A DNA stretch of 63,347 nucleotides, the filler included, from Octopus bimaculoides (taxonomy: Eukaryota): NCBI RefSeq assembly GCF_001194135.2. It is 9 parts of 8 records of this genome, joined end to end, with 100 filler letters (N's around TTAATTAATTAA, not from the genome) between each part and the next. Parts side by side here need not be neighbours in the genome. Positions count along the whole stretch, not along the records: positions 9,383 to 17,678 come from NC_068996.1; positions 17,779 to 23,585 come from NC_068986.1; positions 23,686 to 28,065 come from NC_069005.1; 6 more parts are not named here. One strand, given 5' to 3'. The translations under genes and the position numbers were made by a program. Of the stretch, positions 13,538 to 27,302 are shown one piece after another. The notes under the pieces were generated by a model, which searched no databases, was not told the origin of the DNA, and saw only the letters and a program-made list of their open reading frames with translations. Numbering within the stretch: position 1 is the first letter of the stretch; the number at the start of each line of letters is the position of its first letter.

Positions 13538-14039
13538 AGAACAAGCCACTTATTGGCGAATGAAAGTTTTATATCAGAGGCAAACTTTAAGAAATTGTGT
13601 GAGGGAGTGAAAGGGATAAATTTCTTTAACAATATAACGTTGACTATAACAAAGATGGTGGATGATGGCCAGTGATTTTTCGGATCTATTCAGTTTCAAT
13701 CACATATTTTAATTAATTTTTTTAACTAAATAGTTTCAAACTTCGAATACTGGTTGAATTTCTCACGTAGAACACGGTTTACTCAGAATGTTTTTGACAA
13801 ACTTTCTTAGAAGTTATTTCGTGTTAAAATTATCGTATTTGGGTAATTTTAACTAGTCAATAACGTGTATTTAGATCAAGAAATGTACTGCTGTTCGCAG
13901 AAAAGCAACAACTTCCGGTTCATATCTACTAAATGCATTTTTCAACTACGTGTGGTTTATTCGGATGGTTCTTTAGTTTGGCTGCTGTGTTTTTGGATGT
14001 TTACTTACTGCCTGTGATTATTTTCAACACTCTGTTCTA

Positions 14040-17000
14040 TTTTCTTTTCACTGACTTGCCTGCGATAATTTCGGGATTTATTTTCACCAACTTTTGTTTA
14101 CTTGCCTGCATTAATTTCGTGATTTATTTTGACCAAATTTAGCTTACTTCCCTGCTTGAATTTCGGGATTTATTCTCAACAAATTTTCCTTACTTGCCTT
14201 CGTAAATTTCGGGATGTACTTTCTCCAAATTTTGCTTAATTACCTGCGTTAATTGCGGGATTCATTTTCACCAACTTTTGTTTAGTTGCCCGAGATGAAT
14301 TCGGGAATTATTTTCACCAACTAATGCATACTTACCAGCGTTAATTTCGTGATTTATTTTCACCAAATTTTGTTTATCGGTCTCCCACCAAATTTCGCTT
14401 ATTTACCTGCGTTGACTTCGGAATCTATTTTCACCAAAATTTGTTTACTAACCACCCTTAATGGGAGATTTATTTTCATCAAATTTTACTTATATGCCTG
14501 CGAAAAATTCGTGATTTATTTTCACCAACTTTTGATTACTTGCCTGCGTAGATTTTGTGATTTCTTTTCGCCAACATTTGCTTACTTCACTGCGTTAATT
14601 TCATAATTTATATTCACCAAATTTTGCTTACTTGCCTGCGTTGATTTCGTAATATCTTTTCACCAACTTTTGCTTACTTACCTGCGTCAATTTTGTGATT
14701 TATTTTCCCCAAATTTTGCTTACTTGGCTGCATTCAAATTCGTGATTTATTTTCACTAACATTTGATTATTTGCCTACGTTAATTTCTTGATTATTCTCA
14801 CCAAATTTTGCTTACTTGCCTGCGTTGATTTCGTAATATCTTTTCACCAACTTTTGCTTACTTACCTGCGTTAATTTCGTAATTTATATTCACCAAACTT
14901 TGCTTACTTGCCTGCGTTAATTTCCTGATTTATTTTCACCAAATTTTGATATCTAGCCTGCGTTAATTTCGCGATTTATTTTCACCAACTTTTGTTTAAT
15001 TGCCTGCGTTAACTTCGAGATGTATTTGCACAAATTTTGCTTAATTACCTGAGTTTATTTCGGGATTCATTTTCACCAACTTTTGTTTAGTTGCCCGAGA
15101 TGATTTCGGGAATTATTTTCACCAAATTTTGTTTGTTTACCTGCGTGAATTTCGTGCTTTATTTTCACCAACTTTTGTTTATCGGTCTGCGTTAATCTCG
15201 TGATTCATTTCCACCAAATTTCGCTTATTTACCTACGTTAACTTCGGAATCTATTTTCACAAAAATTTGTTCACTTGCCTCCGTTAATTTGGGATTTATT
15301 TTCACCAACTTTTAATTACTTGCCAGCGTTAATTTCGTGCTTTATTTTCACAAAATTTAGTTTAATTGCCTGCGATAATTTCAGGATTTATTTTCACGAA
15401 ATTTTGCTTATTTGCCTGCGTTTATTTCGCGATTCATTTTCACCAAGTTTTGTTTCCTTGCCTGCATTAACTGCGGGATTTCTTTTCACCAAATTTTGCT
15501 TAATTATCTGCATTCATTTCGGGATTTAGTTTTACCAAATTCCTTTCGTGCTTGCATTAATCTCGTGATTCATTTTCATCAAATTTTGTTTACTTCCCTG
15601 CGTTAATTTTGGGATTTATTTGCACCAAATTTCGCTTACTTGCCTACATTACTTTCGTGATTTATTTTCACCAACTTTTGATACCTTACCTGTTTGTGAT
15701 TTATTTTCACCAACAAATGCTTACTTGCCTGCGTTAATTTCTTGATTTATTTTCACCAACTTTTGTTTAGTTGCCTGCGTGATTTTCGTGCTCTATTTTC
15801 ACCAAATTTAGTTTACTTGCCTGCGTGAAATTTGTTATTTATTTTCACCAACTTTTGATTGCATACCTGCGTTAATTTCGTGAATTATTTTCACTAACTT
15901 TTGCTTACTTCACTGCGTTAATTTTGTGATTTATTTTCACCAACTTTTGTTTTCGTCTCTGCGTGAATTTCGGAATTATGTTCACCAAATTCTCTTTCCG
16001 GCGTTCGTTTATTTCGTGATTTATTTTTATGCACTTTTGCTTACTTGCTTGCGTTAAATTCATGATTTATTTTCACCAAATTTTGTTTACTTACCTGTGT
16101 TCATTTCGGGATATATTTTTCACGAAATTTTGCTTACATGCCTTCGTTCATTTCCTGATTTATTTCCACCAATTTTGCTTATCGGTCTGCGTTAATTTCC
16201 TGATTTACTCTCACCAAATTTTGCTTACCTTCCAGCGTTAATTTCGGGATTTGTTTTCACCACCTTTGGTTTACCTCCCTGCGTTAATTTCGGGAATTTG
16301 TAACGAAATTTTGTTTTCGTCCTTGCGTTGCCATCTGGATTTATTTTCACCAAATTTTGTTTACTTGCCTACGTTAATTATGTGCTTTATTTACATTAAA
16401 TTTTGTTTACTTCACTGCGTTAATTTCGCGATTTATGTTCACTAAATTTTCCTTCCTTCCTGCGTTATTTTCGTGATTTATTTTCGTCAAATTTTGTTTA
16501 CCTGCCTGTCTTAATTTCGGGATTTTTTTTCACCAAATTCTGTTCACTTGCCTGCGTTAATTCCGTGATTTATTTTCACCAACTTTTCTTCTCTTGCCTG
16601 CGATAATTTTGTTATTTATTTCCACCTACGTTTGCTTAGTTGCCTACGTTAATTTCGTAATTTATTTTCACCAACTTTTAATAATTTTCCAGCGTTACTT
16701 TCCTAATTTATTTTCGCCAACTTTTGCTTGCTTCACTGCGTTAATTTCGTGATTTATTTTCACCAGTTTTGCTAACTTGCCCGCGTTAATTTCTGGATTG
16801 ATTTTCACCAACTTTTGTTTTCTTCCCTGCGTTAAATATCGGAATTATGTTCACCAAATTCTCTTTCCTAGCGTTCGTTAATTTCGTGATTTATTTTCAT
16901 ACACTCTTGTTTACTTTCCTGCGTTCATTTCGGGATTTATTTTCACGAAATTTTACTTACATGCCTTCGTTCATTTTGTGATTTATTTTCACCAACTTTT

Positions 17001-17535
17001 GTTTATCGGTCTGCGTTAATTTCGTAATCTGTTTTCACCAAATTTTGTTTACTTGCGTACGTTAATTATGTGCTATATTTATATCAACATTTGTTTACTT
17101 CACTGCGTTTATTTCGTGATGTATTTTCATCAACTTTCCTTTTCTTCCCTGCCTGAATTTAGTGATTTATTTTCAATAACTTTTGCTTAATCGCCTGCGT
17201 TCATTTCGGGATATATTTTCACTAAACTTTGCTTACTTGCCTGCGTTCATTTCATGATATATTTTCACCAAGTCTTGTTTAGTTCCTGCGTTAATTTCGG
17301 GATTTATTTCTACCAACATTTGTTTCCTTGCCTAAGTTAACTTCGGGATTTCTTTTCACCAAATTTTACTTAATTAGCTGCATTAATTTTGGAATTTATT
17401 TTCACCAAGTTTTGTTTTCTTCCTTGCGTTAATTTCGGGATTTATTTTCACCAACTTTTGCTTACTTACCTGCGATAATGTCGTGATTTATATTCATCAA
17501 ATTTGATTACTTGCCTGCGTTAATTTAGTGATTTC
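14040..17535. repeat. 46-bp minisatellite, about 76 diverged units, consensus CACCAAATTTTGCTTACTTGCCTGCGTTAATTTCGTGATTTATTTT
   Basis: Unit length counted between successive CACCAA motifs; copy number is span divided by 46. Confidence 0.95.
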
Positions 17536-19087
17536 CAATACTCTGTAATGACACGAACTTCTACGAACCAATATATACTCTGTCATTTCAGTCCATTCCT
17601 CACAAGCGGGCTGTTTCCTCAATGGTCTTCATTTTTGTTCTTTATATATGAACACACTCTCTCTCTCTCACTGTACATNNNNNNNNNNNNNNNNNNNNNN
17701 NNNNNNNNNNNNNNNNNNNNNNTTAATTAATTAANNNNNNNNNNNNNNNNNNNNNNNNNNNNNNNNNNNNNNNNNNNNAGAAAAGGATTATTGACTGGAA
17801 GCATGTGACCATGCCAGTGTAAGGGGAAGAGAGAGAGTGGTAAAGGGAGAAACAAAGGGAGGAAGTAGAAGAATAGGTGAGCAACGAGAGGAAAAGAGAA
17901 AGAGAGGAAGTACGAGGGGGAAAAAAGAGATACGTAGTAGTAACAGAGGAAGAACGAGAGGGGTAAAGCGAGATACGTAGTAGTAAAGAGGAAGAACGAG
18001 AAGGGGAAAAAAGATAGAGGAAGAGAAAGAGAAAGAGATAGAGTAGCGTCGGGAGATATAGGTTTACGAAAACTACTTACAATTGGAGACGCCGCGTTCA
18101 GTCATGTAAAAACAAATAGTAAATGAGTATATGCATATATACATACATGTATGTATATATGTATATGTGTGCGCGCGCGCGCATTTGTGTATGCATAATG
18201 CATATATGATGGTGAGTGTTTTACGTCATCAATTTCAGAAGCACGTGCTGCAGAATTGTTTTTGTGAGGGGTTCTCTTTTATCAATTAGCTCAAATTTTT
18301 GTGTCACATTTTACGATTACGCGGTTTTCGTTTAATTTCTCTTTCGTTTCATAACATTTTGAATTATAAAGCTCACAAACTTATAAAGAAACATGTCATA
18401 ATTCGAAAATCGCAGAAACGTTCTATATGGAAATTGATGGTACAATTGTTTCATGCAGACTTGCAAGTGAAATGATTCTAAGCATCCTCTGCCTGCTGCT
18501 ACCTAAAATTCGATAAATAAGTGGTGCCCCATACACGCTCGCGCAAGCGCGTACACACGCATATACATACACAGACAAGACATACCTGTACATACAATTA
18601 TATATCATTACAAGTCTTCTCATATTCTATTCAACTTCTCAGTATCAAATCAACGAAGGAGTATGTCTGCTGTTGCTTACTGAGATAATAATAACAGCCA
18701 AATATTCTTAGAATCATAATCTATGGGTCGTGAATGAGACCGAAAGGGTTTGGACAAACTTAGTGTATTTATTTCGTTTTGGGATTTGGTTTGCAAGATT
18801 CTTTATGTGAGTTCGTGTGTTGAAGCATATTCTGTTGTGTCTGAGGAGAGACATTCTCTTTTGGTGCCTTATAATTTAACACACACACTGGTAAGATTTC
18901 CACTTATCTCTTTTATATTTTTCTAAAATTTTCCTTGCTTATATATATATATATATATAGAATAAAAAGTTTTGAATGACACAACAATGCATTATAATAC
19001 AAAAAATGGACTATATACCTATTGTAATTTAGTCATCCTTAGTCCGATGATATTTCGGAATAAAATTCCTTCTTCAGATTTTCTTAG

Positions 19088-19178
19088 ATGGAGTTGCTGC
19101 TATAATCGGTTTTCCAACGGCTTTTCTGTTTTCGGAAGCGTCTCAGCAGTTGTCTCCTTCCGGAATTCCTCATGAGAA
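19088..19178 (+). CDS. Candidate coding exon, peptide GVAAIIGFPTAFLFSEASQQLSPSGIPHE (weak ANF-receptor/iGluR ATD-like)
   Basis: Pyrimidine-rich acceptor TTCTTCAGATTTTCTTAG, open frame, possible donors GTGCGT (19179) or GTCAGT (19188). Similarity is by eye only. Confidence 0.25.
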
Positions 19179-20635
19179 GTGCGTGAGGTCAGTCATGTCT
19201 CAATCTCGTGAATTCTGGTATATCTGTAGCGCTGCTTCTAAGTTATGTATTATATGTGCAGCTTCATTTTTGCCCTTCTTTTCTTTTCTTTTTTTTTGTT
19301 ATAAACAATAGATGAGCATATAAAAAATGAACCTACACGCAACCAGATGTAGCTAAATAATATATTGATTACCAGCCTCCAGCCTGTTGTTAATTTGGGG
19401 TCCTAGTCTGTGTATGAGTTAGCTTCCTTAATTCTTAAATTACCCACACGTATAATACATAACTTNNNNNNNNNNNNNNNNNNNNNNNNNNNNNNNNNNN
19501 NNNNNNNNNNNNNNNNNNNNNNNNNNNNNNNNNNNNNNNNNNNNNNNNNNNNNNNNNNNNNNNNNNNNNNNNNNNNNNNNNNNNNNNNNNNNNNNNNNNN
19601 NNNNNNNNNNNNNNNNNNNNNNNNNNNNNNNNNNNNNNNNNNNNNNNNNNNNNNNNNNNNNNNNNNNNNNNNNNNNNNNNNNNNNNNNNNNNNNNNNNNN
19701 NNNNNNNNNNNNNNNNNNNNNNNNNNNNNNNNNNNNNNNNNNNNNNNNNNNNNNNNNNNNNNNNNCGGAGAAAGAAGAAAATGGTACCGATGCCCACGAG
19801 GTTACATGAAGGTTTCAAATTTATACATTTAAAAAGAGAGAAATTCAACACCGTAGATTTTTTCCATTATTTAATATCCGATGTCAACATTTCTGTGCTT
19901 GACTCTAGATAAGTTTATAAATCTTAGTATGAAATCCATAGAATATAATGGTTATAGCAGATAATGATAGTATATTGAAATATTATTGAATATATCACTT
20001 ATGGGGCTTGAAAAGATTCCTAGGAGCAATGATTTCCGGATAAAATTCTTTTAGCTCAATAATAAGACCTAGTATAAAGGTAAAATGAACCAATAGTAAT
20101 GATAGCTTCCCAGGGGCAACAAAAATAATCTACCTATCTTGAATAATCAATAATCAATAATAAATAAATAAATAAAATAAATTAATGTAGTAAGCATTGA
20201 CAGGAGAGCGGTAACAATAGAAAAGATTAAGGAGTTACCTCCCCTGTACATCTAAAAAATCTAACAAGGATAAACAAAGCCGCATGGCGAACGAAAATGG
20301 TATAGTTTAATAATTTTTTAATAATTTGTTCTGATCGATTAATTGTGTTTTTTGGTCATTTGTTCTCATGGAAACCATTCCTGATGACGTGCGAGACGTT
20401 AAATATTCAGCAGATGGATGGTTGGATAGAGTCAAGCACAGAAATGTTGACATCGGATATTAAATANNNNNNNNNNNNNNNNNNNNNNNNNNNNNNNNNN
20501 NNNNNNNNNNNNNNNNNNNNNNNNNNNNNNNNNNNNNNNNNNNNNNNNNNNNNNNNNNNNNNNNNNNNNNNNNNNNNNNNNNNNNNNNNNNNNNNNNNNN
20601 NNNNNNNNNNNNNNNNNNNNNNNNNNNNNNNNNNN

Positions 20636-20670
<35 letters not shown>

Positions 20671-23362
20671 AATAAATATATGCACACACACATACACACA
20701 CACACCACACAAATATATTATATATATGAATCATCTATTTATGTATGTATATATGTATTATGCATATTATGTGCGTGTATCATTGTATTTGTGTATGTCC
20801 TTTCCCACCGTTTATCAACTGTTGTTGGCCTGTTCACGTCCTTGCAATATTAGTAGTTCGATACAGAAACGATACAATAAGCACCGAACATAAAAATAAG
20901 TACTGAGATCTATATGCTGACTAAACCTTAGAAAAAGCGCTTCAGCATGGCTGCAGTCCAACAACTGAAACAAGTAAGTGATAAACAACAAAAGATATGT
21001 ATGATTATAGGATGAATTATATCGAATACTATAACTTGTGACAGAAGATATATCAGGTACATATATTAGAATGTACATATACGTGTATAGTCTTAGCATG
21101 GCAGTTGCATGGGTATGAAATTTATACTTCTATATTATTTAATTTTTCCTGTGATTTGATATTATACGAGTTTTGTTGAACACTGATAGATTTTACAAGA
21201 AAATATTTTGTCGTCGTATAAAGAGGCATCTATTAGAAATACACAATCACACACACACGAACACGCACATACATACATATATATATATATATTAGTAAGT
21301 GCCAAAGCACGAAACTCTTGGCCTTTGAGTTACTCTGTAATTTCTGCCCATCATCAAGAAAACCGTAGGTAGATGTATTACATACATGCATGCATTCATC
21401 TATACATACATGTATCATTTGTTTATATGTGTATTGATCTCAATATTTATGTATATATCTGAATAAATGTCATTCCAGTTTCAGAACGAAAGCCATTCAC
21501 ACTCCTATAAATTCTTAATGGTAAAATACTACTTCATTTAATGTGTTTGACGCAGCTTCGACATCTTGAATGACAACATTAATCTAGGGAAATGCTTCTA
21601 AGTTTCTACTTAAAAATCAGAATAGGTCACGTTTTTGCAAGTTTTGTAGGTGATGGATAAGTAATATAGACCAAACTATTGCAGCAACATACACGTTAGT
21701 TAATTTGAAAAAGTATCATAGAAACGTGTATTAAGTTTAATGTTCTTTCAGCAAAACTATAAATATCGTGGTGTGAATCAAGTTTCAGAAAATTTATAAT
21801 GTTCTTAAAGGAATATGATTCTTCTCGTTGATATTGCATGGTACTCACACTGAATGTTTGCATGAATGGTTTTTTCAAACGGTTGAAAGCTTGATCTACG
21901 TTAGGGCTTACAAAAATATAGCTTTAATGTATAGTTTCAAGATTGCAAAACATAAAGCATGATGTTCTCTAAATAATTATTATTGCTTCAGTAAGATTGA
22001 CGCAAATGGCTAAGGTTCTCAACAGAATTAAACTTTCAGATCTTTTTGTTTTACTTCGGAATTCACATCCCTTCGGTTCTGCATTTACCTATTTACTACA
22101 CTTGTGTTGCCAAAGAACGATTACAGTACCAAAATTACATTGACTTGATTCAACCGACTGTGACCCGCGCCTACTAAAAGTTGACATCATACCTAATCAA
22201 TTAGAAATTGAATTGTAACTAACTTTGAAGAGCTTTGCAAGTTAATCAGGTATAAGCGAGCTTAATAATATTATTAAGAACTGAATTAAAATCTGTTATC
22301 GAATCACACGAGCGTGAATTTGGCTTTTTGCTGTATAAAGATTTGATCAAATAAGTATCAATATACTTTGGCTGAGTCTATAGAAATATAGAGATTCAGC
22401 CAAACTGAAAAACGGGAAAAAATTCTCAGATTGTTTTATTCTACAATAAACGCAGAATGCGGAAATATAATCTCTACTTCACAATAATAGAATTAGTTCG
22501 TCTATGACAAGTCTAATTGATAAGATACAACTACTGTTAATAGAAAAGAACTTCAAAACTGATGGCAAGAAATGTTACTGAAGATATGATGAAATATGAA
22601 ACGGAAGTGAGTTAGAGTTCTTTCTAACTAGCTAGTCTATGGATTTTATATATATATTGTGTGAGCGCATTTAAGTGTGTGTATGTTTGTGTTTATGTAT
22701 TTATAAATATATATACATTTGTGTGTGAGTGTGTATGTATGTATTATATGCATACATACACAAGAACTTGCATTGTGTCGAAAAAATGGGAGGGGAATAA
22801 TGCTCAATACATATTGCAGAGTATCTGATTAATTATAAACGAATTCTTATCTCATGGCTTGAGCTTCATGCTGCTGAGAACTTCTTGTCAGTTTTAGTGG
22901 TATATCTATATTCATTGGAGTTGAGTGTGGTATCATACTTTTGCTTCTACGTTAATTTGTCTTCGTGTTTGCTGATTGGCTCTAATTTTGCCTTTTCATA
23001 GTTTATTTTGCGATGAGAAACGTCTTTTAAATTTGCTTATTCACTCTAGATTTAGTTAAGGCTGCATAATTTTGTTAAGATTTTTTAATGGTAATATGTT
23101 TCCAACGTTATTTGTGAGTAAGCTTAACTATGAAATTAATCAAGGCTAGTTTTATTGAAAAACTTCTTTAGTTGCCGAATAATTTGGGGGTAGCTCCGAG
23201 AAAGTGTATGTATATATCAATGTGACTATATTTTTTGTATTTTTGTGTTTTTGTGTGCATTTGTATGGAAACGGCTGGAATTCATACTCTGGATAATGTA
23301 TGTATGTCAAGTTGATAGGGTATGAGCAAAGTATTTGGGATTGTATATGTATATATATATAT

Positions 23363-23558
23363 ATGGGAGAATATACAAAAAATAACAACAGACGAGGACA
23401 GGTGGTGTAAATAACAAAAGTATATATTAGTATGACGCTCGGGAATACGGAAAGTCTTTGACGTTTCGAGCTACGCTCTTCAACAGAAAGAATACGGAGA
23501 CAAGGAGAAAAACACGGAGAAAAAAAATTGAATAGTGTTCAGTCAACGGTCAATCATA
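23363..23558 (-). mobile_element. Penelope-like pLTR-type non-autonomous fragment carrying a minimal hammerhead
   Basis: Contains the hammerhead fold at 23455-23491 and is flanked by (TA)n on both sides. The PLE assignment is inferred from the ribozyme type. Confidence 0.55.
23455..23491 (-). ncRNA. Minimal type I hammerhead ribozyme, variant core CUGUUGA
   Basis: Minus strand TCTTT-CTGTTGA-A-GAGC-GTA-GCTC-GAAA-CG-TC-AAAGA: stem I TCTTT/AAAGA, stem II GAGC/GCTC, palindromic ACGU stem III, GUC cleavage triplet, A6U change. Confidence 0.65.
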
Positions 23559-23698
23559 ATATATATATATATATATATATATATANNNNNNNNNNNNNNN
23601 NNNNNNNNNNNNNNNNNNNNNNNNNNNNNTTAATTAATTAANNNNNNNNNNNNNNNNNNNNNNNNNNNNNNNNNNNNNNNNNNNNTATATAATATATA

Positions 23699-23777
<79 letters not shown>

Positions 23778-23799
23778 CGTATGTATTATGTATGTACAT

Positions 23800-24140
23800 G
23801 GAGAAGAGGTCGGTAAAGAATGCTAAACAAGTTATCTTCAAGTCGGTTTTCGTGCCAATCCTCACTGACAGCTATGGATGTTGGGTGATGACTGAAAGAA
23901 TACGATCGCGAATACAAGCGGCCGAAATGGAGGTTCCTCCGAAGGATTTCCGGAGTAACGTAACTCGACAGAATGCGGACCTCGGAGACCAAGGAGTCTC
24001 TTCCAAATACTTCTTCACATTAGACGGTCACAGCTCTTGTAGTACGGGCAGGTAGTGAGAATGTCGTAGGAAAGTATCGCAAGACAGATTCTTCAGACTG
24101 AGCCAATTGGCAGAAGACCTGGAGGTAGACCTGGAATGAA
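23800..24140 (+). mobile_element. RTE-clade LINE (Rex3/Expander-like) 3' coding fragment
   Basis: AKQVIFKSVFVPILTDSYGCWVMTERIRSRIQAAEM matches the RTE C-terminal motif; a downstream GRRPGGRP-like segment follows. Confidence 0.85.
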
Positions 24141-24494
24141 AATAATATCCATAGTTTCAGTTAGTCATGAGTATTGAGTAAAGACTGAATTAGAAAATTA
24201 CTATTTTTTAAATCTCACAGCGTGAGATATTCAGCAACAATACTTTACAGCAACATTCGGCCTAAACCAGGACTGACATGTTATGTTGGCAAACAATCTT
24301 TACTCCAAAGACTGAAGTCGTACAATCATGAATACATGGGGCTGAAATGGGGGTCCATCAAAGGGTCACTGGACTAGCATTACTTGACAGAGTTTTTAAC
24401 TCAGAGTCAGAGAGCCTCTCCAGATTGATCCACCACTTCTGTGTATTGAAAAGTTACACCTCCAGTAATATAACCGTGTGAGAAGAACTTCACA

Positions 24495-24752
24495 AGAAAG
24501 AATTGCAAGATGGATTCTTCAAGCTGGGCTAATTGGCGAGAGACCAAGGGGTAGACTAAAAAAGAGATGGTTGGATCATATCCATTGTCTCAAAATGGGT
24601 CACACTTGGGAATCCAGCCGGAAAGTGTAATGATGGTTGCTTTTGATTGGGCCCTATAGATGTCTGAAGGCTCTAGCCCCACGACTATTCCAGGAGTACT
24701 AGACAAAGAAGATGGATGGATAGATGGATGGATGGATGGATGGATGGATGGC
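24495..24752 (+). mobile_element. Second RTE-clade 3' end with (GGAT)n tail
   Basis: RIARWILQAGLIGERPRGRLKKRWLDHI followed by GAAGATGGATGG repeats. Confidence 0.75.
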
Positions 24753-25690
24753 TACTTAGAATTCTCAAGAACAATTACAAGATGAGCTCATGAAAAATTA
24801 TGCTAGTAACACGAACGCATTCGTGTTCCGTAAAAATACACATTCATCATTTTGCATAAACGGAGTAAGAGAGACAAAATGGATCCTAGAGATAGGCGAA
24901 GAAATAGATAATCGGTGGTGGTGGTCGTGCTGGGGGAGAAATGATAAAATAAAGCGTATAAAATATTATGGACGGTTTAAAAGTGTGGGAGGAGTAGAAT
25001 ATAATTTCGTTGGACTTTGGGAAAAAGGAGTAAAGAAACTGAACGTTGATTGGCGGAAAGGAAACGTTTGCAACAGACGATAGAATTTTAAAGTTTGAGA
25101 CGGATGAAGAATATAATTAAAGAGAATAAATACAATGAAAATGGCTTACATGTTTTTCGAACGGGAGTTCTAATGGTATTCAAGTAGGAGGGCGGTGTGT
25201 GCATAAGCTTTCTTTTTCTTTCTTTCTTCCTTTCTTCCTTTCTTTCTTTCTTTCTTTCTCCACCCCTCACTCCTTTTCTTTCTTTCTTTCTTTCTTTCTT
25301 TCGTTCTTTCTTTCTTCTGAGATGTGACATCAATCATCGTTTGTTACTGAAAGAACGCTGGTTCACACATACAAACATTCACATACTTCTCTTGTACAAG
25401 CACACATACATACACACATATACTCACACAGAGTTGAAACGCTGTTTGATTTTTCTTTTCAGCGTTGAATGTTCACCATCCCACTTCCATTGCACACACA
25501 CACACATAAACATACACACATACTTCCCTTTTACATACACACACATATACTCACACAGAATTGAAACGCTCCCGCTACCAGTTTATCATCACTCCTTCCT
25601 TCCTTATTCACCTATCACCCTTTCCTTTCGCATTCCTATGTTGTGACGGAGAAAAACACAAGAGTACTATTATAGTAGAAGATTAATCAT

Positions 25691-25940
25691 AAGGCGGTGA
25701 GCTGGCAGAATCGTTAGCACGCCGGGCAAAATGTTTAGCGGTATTTCGTCCGTCTTTACGTTCTGAGTTCCAATTCTACCTAGGTCGACTTTGCCTTTCA
25801 TCCTATCGGGGTCGATAAAATAAGTACCAGTTGAGCACTGAGATCGATGTAATCGACTAGTCCCCTCCCCACAAATTTCGTGCCAATATTAGAAAAGATT
25901 ATTACTAATATCATTATTATTATTATTATTATTATTATTA
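25691..25940 (+). mobile_element. tRNA-like SINE (family A) with (ATT)n tail
   Basis: GGCGGTGAGCTGGCAGAATCGTTAGCACGCCGGG...GAGTTCCAATTC...GTCGACTTTGCCTTTCATCC...; at least six copies in the window. Confidence 0.85.
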
Positions 25941-26428
25941 ATCATAATGTCACAGTGCCTAGGAATTTGGTAAAAAACGCCTGAAGCATTCATTCCAACG
26001 CTATAAAAACAACGCTAATTTGTCATTAGAAATTTGGATCTGAAATTAATGAATTATATAGAAAAAGATGCATAGAATTCGCAATGCCGTTGAATCGGTA
26101 TTTGGTTATTATTGCAAAGTTCTTAAAACTCCCTCCTCCCCCCCGCCAACTGCGTAGTAATTATGCAGTGCACTATTTCATTTACCATTCCATTCAATCG
26201 TCAGCCTAATATAACCTGCGACTTATTAATTATACTTTTGATAACGTGAGACATTTAAGAAAAGACTAAAATGATTAGTTTGGAAGAAAGTCATGGAATT
26301 CTTTGTTCTTTTTCTTCATAGAAAGTTATCTATGTGTGTATATATAAATATACGCGCGCGCGCGCGCGTGTCTGTCTGTCTCTCTTTATATGTATGTATG
26401 TATAAGCACATACACGTACATTATCTAT

Positions 26429-26496
<68 letters not shown>

Positions 26497-27019
26497 CCCC
26501 TTCTCTATATATACATATATCACACTCTCTCAAGCTATCTACATAGTATCTATTTGCAATTTTACGCAGTATGCCACATTATTTAACAATTCTAATGCAA
26601 CACGCTCGTGCCCTTGTTGGGATTTGGGTCAAGAATAATCAACAGCCGTATTTAATTAATTTAAAGCGACTCATGATATCAACAACAAAAAAAAAAATGT
26701 CATTCGCTAAGAATCGTTTGCTGTTATTCTAATTAATCATATAATGGGAGTGCTTAGCTAGAGAATCTTTTAATAGTACATCTGTTGAGATCAGCTACAA
26801 CTTGTATTCTGATACTGCTTGTTTCGAATTTAATTTCTTCATCGTTATTAGTGTTGTACGACCGTTTCATTGTAATATACTGATAACATCAAACAACCTG
26901 ACGAAGTTAAAATTCGTGCAACAAAAGTTACGTACTCCATCAAGTAATAAATACCCTGATGTAATACCAAGCACTGGCTCACACGACTTCTGATCTGAAC
27001 TGATTGGAAATATTATCAT

Positions 27020-27210
27020 GTACATTGTTTTGTATTGGTACCACAGATTTGGAGGATGGGGACTAGTCGATTACATCGACTCTAGTGTTTATCGACCTCG
27101 AAGGGATGAAAGGCAAAGTCGACCCTGGCGGAATTTGAACGTGAAGACGGACGAAATACCGCTAAACATTTTGCCTGTCGTGCTAACAGTTCTGCCAGTT
27201 CACCGCCTTG
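27020..27210 (-). mobile_element. SINE (family A)
   Basis: Reverse-complement match to 25691-25905. Confidence 0.85.
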
Positions 27211-27217
27211 AACAAGA

Positions 27218-27301
<84 letters not shown>

Positions 27302-27302
27302 C

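Noticed and set aside
14349-16445. Several 60-85 aa Phe/Leu-rich ORFs
   Set aside because: By-products of the T-rich 46-bp minisatellite; the unit length is not a multiple of 3.
14040-17535. CRISPR-like regular array
   Set aside because: Units are contiguous diverged repeats with no unique spacers, the context is eukaryotic, and no cas genes are present.
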